Below, piece after piece: positions 1 through 11,400 of a DNA stretch of 64,000 bases. The position numbers and the translations under genes were made by a program. Origin of the DNA: Auanema rhodensis (Eukaryota > Animalia > Nematoda); the NCBI GenBank assembly GCA_964057225.1, contig OZ059900.1, positions 18,228,001-18,292,000 of the forward strand, given 5' to 3'. The notes below the pieces were generated by a model. It did not search any database and was not told where the DNA came from. It saw only the letters and a program-made list of their open reading frames with translations. Each line of letters starts with the position of its first letter. Within the stretch, counting starts at the first letter, position 1.

Positions 1-23
1 GCTGGAAAACCAGTTTTTGGAAA

Positions 24-40
24 TTTCGCTGTAAACAAGG
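24..40 (+). other. CENP-B-box-like 17-mer (one per monomer; first copy given)
   Basis: TTTCGCTGTAAACAAGG against canonical CTTCGTTGGAAACGGGA is 11/17 identical, with 7 of 9 core positions of TTCGNNNNANNCGGG. Function is unproven. Confidence 0.35.
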
Positions 41-163
41 TTTTGACTTACGATTTCATGTGTTCAAACTCATGCAATGTCAATGAAACCTAGCTCAAAA
101 TTGTTCGTACAACGTCTAGTTCCACTTTCACGACAAAAAAACAGGGGTTAGAAAATTAAGGAA

Positions 164-200
164 ATTAGCATATTCTGAGGGCACGCCCCTTATGGCTAAT
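164..200. other. Imperfect inverted repeat around the only GC-rich patch (one per monomer)
   Basis: ATTAGCATA(164-172) pairs with TATGGCTAAT(191-200) with a 1-nt bulge. The inner dyad is GGGC-AC-GCCC (179-188). Confidence 0.6.
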
Positions 201-248
201 ATTGATTAAATCGATTTTTGTTCATATGAGTCGTCAAATGCAACGAAT

Positions 249-291
249 TTCAGCGTGTTACATACTAAAATGAAGCATTTTACATGCTGAA
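249..291. other. Imperfect inverted repeat or potential stem-loop (one per monomer)
   Basis: The inner stem TAAAATG(266-272)-AAG-CATTTTA(276-282) is perfect. The outer stem TTCAGCGTG(249-257)/CATGCTGAA(283-291) pairs at 8/9, with an 8-nt bulge. Confidence 0.7.
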
Positions 292-2421
292 CACTAGAAA
301 AATACAAAAACACAGTATTTCCCATGAGAAATATTTTATTATGCTGGAAAACCAGTTTTTGAAAATATCGCTGTAAACAAGGTTTTGACTTACGATTTCA
401 TGTGTTCAAACTCATGCAATGTCAATGAAACCTAGCTCAAAATTGTTCCTACAACGTCTAGTTCCACTTTCACGACAAAAAAACAGGGGTTAGAAAATTA
501 AGGAAATTAGCATATTCTGAGGGCACGCCCCTTATGGCTAATATTGATTAAATCGATTTTTGTTCATATGAGTCGTCAAATGCAACGAATTTCAGCGTGT
601 TACATACTAAAATGAAGCATTTTACATGCTGAACACTAGAAAAATACAAAAACACAGTATTTCCCATGAGAAATATTTTATTATGCTGGAAAACCAGTTT
701 TTGGAAATTTCGCTGTAAACAAGGTTTTGACTTACGATTTCATGTGTTCAAACTCATGCAATGTCAATGAAACCTAGCTCAAAATTGTTCCTACAACGTC
801 TAGTTCCACTTTCACGACAAAAAAACAGGGGTTAGAAAATTAAGGAAATTAGCATATTCTGAGGGCACGCCCTTTATGGCTAATATTGATTAAATCGATT
901 TTTGTTCATATGAGTCGTCAAATGCAACGAATTTCAGCGTGTTACATACTAAAATGAAGCATTTCACATGCTGAACACTAGAAAAATACAAAAACACAGT
1001 ATTTCCCATGAGAAATATTTTATTATGCTGGAAAACCAGTTTTTGGAAATTTCGCTGTAAACAAGGTTTTGACTTACGATTTCATGTGTTCAAACTCATG
1101 CAATGTCAATGAAACCTAGCTCAAAATTGTTCGTACAACGTCTAGTTCCACTTTCACGACAAAAAAACAGGGGTTAGAAAATTAAGGAAATTAGCATATT
1201 CTGAGGGCACGCCCCTTATGGCTAATATTGATTAAATCGATTTTTGTTCATATGAGTCGTCAAATGCAACAAATTTCAGCGTGTTACATACTAAAATGAA
1301 GCATTTTACATGCTGAACACTAGAAAAATACAAAAACACAGTAATACCCATGAGAAATATTTTATTATGCTGGAAAACCAGTTTTTGGAAATTTCGCTGT
1401 AAACAAGGTTTTGACTTACGATTTCATGTGTTCAAACTCATGCAATGTCAATGAAACCTAGCTCAAAATTGTTCGTACAACGTCTAGTTCCACTTTCACG
1501 ACAAAAAAACAGGGGTTAGAAAATTAAGGAAATTAGCATATTCTGAGGGCACGCCCCTTATGGCTAATATTGATTAAATCGATTTTTGTTCATATGAGTC
1601 GTCAAATGCAACGAATTTCAGCGTGTTACATACTAAAATGAAGCATTTTACATGCTGAACACTAGAAAAATACAAAAACACAGTAATACCCATGAGAAAT
1701 ATTTTATTATGCTGGAAAACCAGTTTTTGGAAATTTCGCTGTAAACAAGGTTTTGACTTACGATTTCATGTGTTCAAACTCATGCAATGTCAATGAAACC
1801 TAGCTCAAAATTGTTAATACAATGTCTAGTTCCACTTTCACGACAAAAAAACAGGGGTTAGAAAATTAAGGAAATTAGCATATTCTGAGGGCACGCCCTT
1901 TATGGCTAATATTGATTAAATCGATTTTTGTTCATATGAGTCGTCAAATGCAACGAATTTCAGCGTGTTACATACTAAAATGAAGCATTTTACATGCTGA
2001 ACACTAGAAAAATACAAAAACACAGTATTTCCCATGAGAAATATTTTATTATGCTGGAAAACCAGTTTTTGGAAATTTCGCTGTAAACAAGGTTTTGACT
2101 TACGATTTCATGTGTTCAAACTCATGCAATGTCAATGAAACCCAGCTCAAAATTGTTCGTACAACGTCTAGTTCCACTTTCACGACAAAAAAACAGGGGT
2201 TAGAAAATTAAGGAAATTAGCATATTCTGAGGGCACGCCCCTTATGGCTAATATTGATTAAATCGATTTTTGTTCATATGAGTCGTCAAATGCAACGAAT
2301 TTCAGCGTGTTACATACTAAAATGAAGCATTTTACATGCTGAACACTAGAAAAATACAAAAACACAGTATTTCCCATGAGAAATATTTTATTATGCTGGA
2401 AAACCAGTTTTTGGAAATTTT

Positions 2422-5400
2422 GCTGTAAACAAGGTTTTGACTTACGATTTCATGTGTTCAAACTCATGCAATGTCAATGAAACCTAGCTCAAAATTGTTC
2501 GTACAACGTCTAGTTCCACTTTCACGACAAAAAAACAGGGGTTAGAAAATTAAGGAAATTAGCATATTCTGAGGGCACGCCCCTTATGGCTAATATTGAT
2601 TAAATCGATTTTTGTTCATATGAGTCGTCAAATGCAACGAATTTCAGCGTGTTACATACTAAAATGAAGCATTTTACATGCTGAACACTAGAAAAATACA
2701 AAAACACAGTATTTCCCATGAGAAATATTTTATTATGCTGGAAAACCAGTTTTTGAAAATTTCGCTGTAAACAAGGTTTTGACTTACGATTTCATGTGTT
2801 CAAACTCATGCAATGTCAATGAAACCTAGCTCAAAATTGTTCCTACAACGTCTAGTTCCACTTTCACGACAAAAAAACAGGGGTTAGAAAATTAAGGAAA
2901 TTAGCATATTCTGAGGGCACGCCCTTTATGGCTAATATTGATTAAATCGATTTTTGTTCATATGAGTCGTCAAATGCAACGAATTTCAGCGTGTTACATA
3001 CTAAAATGAAGCATTTTACATGCTGAACACTAGAAAAATACAAAAACACAGTATTTCCCATGAGAAATATTTTATTATGCTGGAAAACCAGTTTTTGGAA
3101 ATTTCGCTGTAAACAAGGTTTTGACTTACGATTTCATGTGTTCAAACTCATGCAATGTCAATGAAACCTAGCTCAAAATTGTTCGTACAACGTCTAGTTC
3201 CACTTTCACGACAAAAAAACAGGGGTTAGAAAATTAAGGAAATTAGCATATTCTGAGGGCACGCCCCTTATGGCTAATATTGATTAAATCGATTTTTGTT
3301 CATATGAGTCGTCAAATGCAACGAATTTCAGCGTGTTACGTACTAAAATGAAGCATTCTACATGCTGAACACTAGAAAAATACAAAAACACAGTATTTCC
3401 CATGAGAAATATTTTATTATGCTGGAAAACCAGTTTTTGGAAATTTCGCTGTAAACAAGGTTTTGACTTACGATTTCATGTGTTCAAACTCATGCAATGT
3501 CAATGAAACCTAGCTCAAAATTGTTCCTACAACGTCTAGTTCCACTTTCACGACAAAAAAACAGGGGTTAGAAAATTAAGGAAATTAGCATATTCTGAGG
3601 GCACGCCCTTTATGGCTAATATTGATTAAATCGATTTTTGTTCATATGAGTCGTCAAATGCAACGAATTTCAGCGTGTTACATACTAAAATGAAGCATTT
3701 TACATGCTGAACACTAGAAAAATACAAAAACACAGTATTTCCCATGAGAAATATTTTATTATGCTGGAAAACCAGTTTTTGGAAATTTCGCTGTAAACAA
3801 GGTTTTGACTTACGATTTCATGTGTTCAAACTCATGCAATGTCAATGAAACCTAGCTCAAAATTGTTCGTACAACGTCTAGTTCCACTTTCACGACAAAA
3901 AAACAGGGGTTAGAAAATTAAGGAAATTAGCATATTCTGAGGGCACGCCCCTTATGGCTAATATTGATTAAATCGATTTTTGTTCATATGAGTCGTCAAA
4001 TGCAACGAATTTCAGCGTGTTACATACTAAAATGAAGCATTTTACATGCTGAACACTAGAAAAATACAAAAACACAGTATTTCCCATGAGAAATATTTTA
4101 TTATGCTGGAAAACCAGTTTTTGGAAATTTCGCTGTAAACAAGGTTTTGACTTACGATTTCATGTGTTCAAACTCATGCAATGTCAATGAAACCTAGCTC
4201 AAAATTGTTCGTACAACGACTAGTTCCACTTTCACGACAAAAAAACAGGGGTTAGAAAATTAAGGAAATTAGCATATTCTGAGGGCACGCCCCTTATGGC
4301 TAATATTGATTAAATCGATTTTTGTTCATATGAGTCGTCAAATGCAACGAATTTCAGCGTGTTACATACTAAAATGAAGCATTTTACATGCTGAACACTA
4401 GAAAAATACAAAAACACAGTAATACCCATGAGAAATATTTTATTATGCTGGAAAACCAGTTTTTGGAAATTTCGCTGTAAACAAGGTTTTGACTTACGAT
4501 TTCATGTGTTCAAACTCATGCAATGTCAATGAAACCTAGCTCAAAATTGTTCCTACAACGTCTAGTTCCACTTTCACGACAAAAAAACAGGGGTTAGAAA
4601 ATTAAGGAAATTAGCATATTCTGAGGGCACGACCTTTATGGCTAATATTGATTAAATCGATTTTTGTTCATATGAGTCGTCAAATGCAACGAATTTCAGC
4701 GTGTTACATACTAAAATGAAGCATTTTACATGCTGAACACTAGAAAAATACAAAAACACAGTATTTCCCATGAGAAATATTTTATTATGCTGGAAAACCA
4801 GTTTTTGGAAATTTCGCTGTAAACAAGGTTTTGACTTACGATTTCATGTGTTCAAACTCATGCAATGTCAATGAAACCTAGCTCAAAATTGTTCGTACAA
4901 CGTCTAGTTCCACTTTCACGACAAAAAAACAGGGGTTAGAAAATTAAGGAAATTAGCATATTCTGAGGGCACGCCCCTTATGGCTAATATTGATTAAATC
5001 GATTTTTGTTCATATGAGTCGTCAAATGCAACGAATTTCAGCGTGTTACATACTAAAATGAAGCATTTTACATGCTGAACACTAGAAAAATACAAAAACA
5101 CAGTATTTCCCATGAGAAATATTTTATTATGCTGGAAAACCAGTTTTTGGAAATTTCGCTGTAAACAAGGTTTTGACTTACGATTTCATGTGTTCAAACT
5201 CATGCAATGTCAATGAAACCTAGCTCAAAATTGTTCGTACAACGACTAGTTCCACTTTCACGACAAAAAAACAGGGGTTAGAAAATTAAGGAAATTAGCA
5301 TATTCTGAGGGCACGCCCCTTATGGCTAATATTGATTAAATCGATTTTTGTTCATATGAGTCGTCAAATGCAACGAATTTCAGCGTGTTACATACTAAAA

Positions 5401-8400
5401 TGAAGCATTTTACATGCTGAACACTAGAAAAATACAAAAACACAGTAATACCCATGAGAAATATTTTATTATGCTGGAAAACCAGTTTTTGGAAATTTCG
5501 CTGTAAACAAGGTTTTGACTTACGATTTCATGTGTTCAAACTCATGCAATGTCAATGAAACCTAGCTCAAAATTGTTCGTACAACGTCTAGTTCCACTTT
5601 CACGACAAAAAAACAGGGGTTAGAAAATTAAGGAAATTAGCATATTCTGAGGGCACGCCCCTTATGGCTAATATTGATTAAATCGATTTTTGTTCATATG
5701 AGTCGTCAAATACAACGAATTTCAGCGTGTTACGTACTAAAATGAAGCATTTTACATGCTGAACACTAGAAAAATACAAAAACACAGTATTTCCCATGAG
5801 AAATATTTTATTATGCTGGAAAACCAGTTTTTGGAAATTTCGCTGTAAACAAGGTTTTGACTTACGATTTCATGTGTTCAAACTCATGCAATGTCAATGA
5901 AACCTAGCTCAAAATTGTTCCTACAACGTCTAGTTCCACTTTCACGACAAAAAAACAGGGGTTAGAAAATTAAGGAAATTAGCATATTCTGAGGGCACGC
6001 CCTTTATGGCTAATATTGATTAAATCGATTTTTGTTCATATGAGTCGTCAAATGCAACGAATTTCAGCGTGTTACATACTAAAATGAAGCATTTTACATG
6101 CTGAACACTAGAAAAATACAAAAACACAGTATTTCCCATGAGAAATATTTTATTATGCTGGAAAACCAGTTTTTGGAAATTTCGCTGTAAACAAGGTTTT
6201 GACTTACGATTTCATGTGTTCAAACTCATGCAATGTCAATGAAACCTAGCTCAAAATTGTTCGTACAACGTCTAGTTCCACTTTCACGACAAAAAAACAG
6301 GGGTTAGAAAATTAAGGAAATTAGCATATTCTGAGGGCACGCCCCTTATGGCTAATATTGATTAAATCGATTTTTGTTCATATGAGTCGTCAAATGCAAC
6401 GAATTTCAGCGTGTTACATACTAAAATGAAGCATTTTACATGCTGAACACTAGAAAAATACAAAAACACAGTATTTCCCATGAGAATAATTTTATTATGC
6501 TGGAAAACCAGTTTTTGGAAATTTCGCTGTAAACAAGGTTTTGACTTACGATTTCATGTGTTCAAACTCATGCAATGTCAATGAAACCTAGCTCAAAATT
6601 GTTCGTACAACGTCTAGTTCCACTTTCACGACAAAAAAACAGGGGTTAGAAAATTAAGGAAATTAGCATATTCTGAGGGCACGCCCCTTATGGCTAATAT
6701 TGATTAAATCGATTTTTGTTCATATGAGTCGTCAAATGCAACGAATTTCAGCGTGTTACATACTAAAATGAAGCATTTTACATGCTGAACACTAGAAAAA
6801 TACAAAAACACAGTATTTCCCATGAGAAATATTTTATTATGCTGGAAAACCAGTTTTTGGAAATTTCGCTGTAAACAAGGTTTTGACTTACGATTTCATG
6901 TGTTCAAACTCATGCAATGTCAATGAAACCTAGCTCAAAATTGTTCGTACAACGACTAGTTCCACTTTCACGACAAAAAAACAGGGGTTAGAAAATTAAG
7001 GAAATTAGCATATTCTGAGGGCACGCCCCTTATGGCTAATATTGATTAAATCGATTTTTGTTCATATGAGTCGTCAAATGCAACGAATTTCAGCGTGTTA
7101 CATACTAAAATGAAGCATTTTACATGCTGAACACTAGAAAAATACAAAAACACAGTATTTCCCATGAGAAATATTTTATTATGCTGGAAAACCAGTTTTT
7201 GGAAATTTCGCTGTAAACAAGGTTTTGACTTACGATTTCATGTGTTCAAACTCATGCAATGTCAATGAAACCTAGCTCAAAATTGTTCGTACAACGTCTA
7301 GTTCCACTTTCACGACAAAAAAACAGGGGTTAGAAAATTAAGGAAATTAGCATATTCTGAGGGCACGCCCCTTATGGCTAATATTGATTAAATCGATTTT
7401 TGTTCATATGAGTCGTCAAATGCAACGAATTTCAGCGTGTTACATACTAAAATGAAGCATTTTACATGCTGAACACTAGAAAAATACAAAAACACAGTAT
7501 TTCCCATGAGAAATATTTTATTATGCTGGAAAACCAGTTTTTGGAAATTTCGCTGTAAACAAGGTTTTGACTTACGATTTCATGTGTTCAAACTCATGCA
7601 ATGTCAATGAAACCTAGCTCAAAATTGTTCGTACAACGACTAGTTCCACTTTCACGACAAAAAAACAGGGGTTAGAAAATTAAGGAAATTAGCATATTCT
7701 GAGGGCACGCCCCTTATGGCTAATATTGATTAAATCGATTTTTGTTCATATGAGTCGTCAAATGCAACGAATTTCAGCGTGTTACATACTAAAATGAAGC
7801 ATTTTACATGCTGAACACTAGAAAAATACAAAAACACAGTATTTCCCATGAGAAATATTTTATTATGCTGGAAAACCAGTTTTTGAAAATTTCGCTGTAA
7901 ACAAGGTTTTGACTTACGATTTCATGTGTTCAAACTCATGCAATGTCAATGAAACCTAGCTCAAAATTGTTCCTACAACGTCTAGTTCCACTTTCACGAC
8001 AAAAAAACAGGGGTTAGAAAATTAAGGAAATTAGCATATTCTGAGGGCACGCCCTTTATGGCTAATATTGATTAAATCGATTTTTGTTCATATGAGTCGT
8101 CAAATGCAACGAATTTCAGCGTGTTACATACTAAAATGAAGCATTTTACATGCTGAACACTAGAAAAATACAAAAACACAGTATTTCCCATGAGAAATAT
8201 TTTATTATGCTGGAAAACCAGTTTTTGGAAATTTCGCTGTAAACAAGGTTTTGACTTACGATTTCATGTGTTCAAACTCATGCAATGTCAATGAAACCTA
8301 GCTCAAAATTGTTCGTACAACGACTAGTTCCACTTTCACGACAAAAAAACAGGGGTTAGAAAATTAAGGAAATTAGCATATTCTGAGGGCACGCCCCTTA

Positions 8401-11400
8401 TGGCTAATATTGATTAAATCGATTTTTGTTCATATGAGTCGTCAAATGCAACGAATTTCAGCGTGTTACATACTAAAATGAAGCATTTTACATGCTGAAC
8501 ACTAGAAAAATACAAAAACACAGTATTTCCCATGAGAAATATTTTATTATGCTGGAAAACCAGTTTTTGAAAATTTCGCTGTAAACAAGGTTTTGACTTA
8601 CGATTTCATGTGTTCAAACTCATGCAATGTCAATGAAACCTAGCTCAAAATTGTTCCTACAACGTCTAGTTCCACTTTCACGACAAAAAAACAGGGGTTA
8701 GAAAATTAAGGAAATTAGCATATTCTGAGGGCACGCCCTTTATGGCTAATATTGATTAAATCGATTTTTGTTCATATGAGTCGTCAAATGCAACGAATTT
8801 CAGCGTGTTACATACTAAAATGAAGCATTTTACATGCTGAACACTAGAAAAATACAAAAACACAGTATTTCCCATGAGAAATATTTTATTATGCTGGAAA
8901 ACCAGTTTTTGGAAATTTCGCTGTAAACAAGGTTTTGACTTACGATTTCATGTGTTCAAACTCATGCAATGTCAATGAAACCTAGCTCAAAATTGTTCGT
9001 ACAACGTCTAGTTCCACTTTCACGACAAAAAAACAGGGGTTAGAAAATTAAGGAAATTAGCATATTCTGAGGGCACGCCCCTTATGGCTAATATTGATTA
9101 AATCGATTTTTGTTCATATGAGTCGTCAAATGCAACGAATTTCAGCGTGTTACATACTAAAATGAAGCATTTTACATGCTGAACACTAGAAAAATACAAA
9201 AACACAGTATTTCCCATGAGAATAATTTTATTATGCTGGAAAACCAGTTTTTGGAAATTTCGCTGTAAACAAGGTTTTGACTTACGATTTCATGTGTTCA
9301 AACTCATGCAATGTCAATGAAACCTAGCTCAAAATTGTTCGTACAACGTCTAGTTCCACTTTCACGACAAAAAAACAGGGGTTAGAAAATTAAGGAAATT
9401 AGCATATTCTGAGGGCACGCCCCTTATGGCTAATATTGATTAAATCGATTTTTGTTCATATGAGTCGTCAAATGCAACGAATTTCAGCGTGTTACATACT
9501 AAAATGAAGCATTTTACATGCTGAACACTAGAAAAATACAAAAACACAGTATTTCCCATGAGAAATATTTTATTATGCTGGAAAACCAGTTTTTGGAAAT
9601 TTCGCTGTAAACAAGGTTTTGACTTACGATTTCATGTGTTCAAACTCATGCAATGTCAATGAAACCTAGCTCAAAATTGTTCCTACAACGTCTAGTTCCA
9701 CTTTCACGACAAAAAAACAGGGGTTAGAAAATTAAGGAAATTAGCATATTCTGAGGGCACGCCCTTTATGGCTAATATTGATTAAATCGATTTTTGTTCA
9801 TATGAGTCGTCAAATGCAACGAATTTCAGCGTGTTACATACTAAAATGAAGCATTTCACATGCTGAACACTAGAAAAATACAAAAACACAGTATTTCCCA
9901 TGAGAAATATTTTATTATGCTGGAAAACCAGTTTTTGGAAATTTCGCTGTAAACAAGGTTTTGACTTACGATTTCATGTGTTCAAACTCATGCAATGTCA
10001 ATGAAACCTAGCTCAAAATTGTTCGTACAACGTCTAGTTCCACTTTCACGACAAAAAAACAGGGGTTAGAAAATTAAGGAAATTAGCATATTCTGAGGGC
10101 ACGCCCCTTATGGCTAATATTGATTAAATCGATTTTTGTTCATATGAGTCGTCAAATGCAACGAATTTCAGCGTGTTACATACTAAAATGAAGCATTTTA
10201 CATGCTGAACACTAGAAAAATACAAAAACACAGTATTTCCCATGAGAAATATTTTATTATGCTGGAAAACCAGTTTTTGAAAATTTCGCTGTAAACAAGG
10301 TTTTGACTTACGATTTCATGTGTTCAAACTCATGCAATGTCAATGAAACCTAGCTCAAAATTGTTCCTACAACGTCTAGTTCCACTTTCACGACAAAAAA
10401 ACAGGGGTTAGAAAATTAAGGAAATTAGCATATTCTGAGGGCACGCCCTTTATGGCTAATATTGATTAAATCGATTTTTGTTCATATGAGTCGTCAAATG
10501 CAACGAATTTCAGCGTGTTACATACTAAAATGAAGCATTTTACATGCTGAACACTAGAAAAATACAAAAACACAGTATTTCCCATGAGAAATATTTTATT
10601 ATGCTGGAAAACCAGTTTTTGGAAATTTCGCTGTAAACAAGGTTTTGACTTACGATTTCATGTGTTCAAACTCATGCAATGTCAATGAAACCTAGCTCAA
10701 AATTGTTCGTACAACGTCTAGTTCCACTTTCACGACAAAAAAACAGGGGTTAGAAAATTAAGGAAATTAGCATATTCTGAGGGCACGCCCCTTATGGCTA
10801 ATATTGATTAAATCGATTTTTGTTCATATGAGTCGTCAAATGCAACGAATTTCAGCGTGTTACGTACTAAAATGAAGCATTCTACATGCTGAACACTAGA
10901 AAAATACAAAAACACAGTATTTCCCATGAGAAATATTTTATTATGCTGGAAAACCAGTTTTTGGAAATTTCGCTGTAAACAAGGTTTTGACTTACGATTT
11001 CATGTGTTCAAACTCATGCAATGTCAATGAAACCTAGCTCAAAATTGTTCCTACAACGTCTAGTTCCACTTTCACGACAAAAAAACAGGGGTTAGAAAAT
11101 TAAGGAAATTAGCATATTCTGAGGGCACGCCCTTTATGGCTAATATTGATTAAATCGATTTTTGTTCATATGAGTCGTCAAATGCAACGAATTTCAGCGT
11201 GTTACATACTAAAATGAAGCATTTTACATGCTGAACACTAGAAAAATACAAAAACACAGTATTTCCCATGAGAAATATTTTATTATGCTGGAAAACCAGT
11301 TTTTGGAAATTTCGCTGTAAACAAGGTTTTGACTTACGATTTCATGTGTTCAAACTCATGCAATGTCAATGAAACCTAGCTCAAAATTGTTCGTACAACG

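Larger units (their letters stand above)
1..342 (+). repeat. Consensus monomer (M1), 342 bp, 116 G+C (33.9%), 10 CpG
   Basis: Identical to many other copies (e.g. those starting at 3763, 4789, 6499, 19839, 45491). Contains NdeI CATATG at 223-228 and ClaI ATCGAT at 210-215. The phase is arbitrary, set by the window start. Confidence 0.97.

Noticed and set aside
144-169. Telomere-like GGGGTTAG / TTAAGG / TTAGC words, or a G-quadruplex
   Set aside because: The words are isolated and degenerate with no tandem telomeric repeat, and there are too few G-runs for a G4.
1-342. Primate alpha-satellite dimer (2x171 bp)
   Set aside because: The two 171-bp halves show no similarity at that offset, and I see no alphoid resemblance beyond the partial CENP-B-like motif.
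1-342. 5S rRNA, tRNA or snRNA tandem gene unit
   Set aside because: No recognisable 5S sequence, cloverleaf, or convincing Pol III A/B/C boxes on either strand.
324-428. 34-codon ORF across the monomer junction (consensus MRNILLCWKTSFWKFRCKQGFDLRFHVFKLMQCQ)
   Set aside because: The length is expected by chance, there is no recognisable motif, and the common G20A variant (as in this copy, M2) turns a TGG into a TGA stop.
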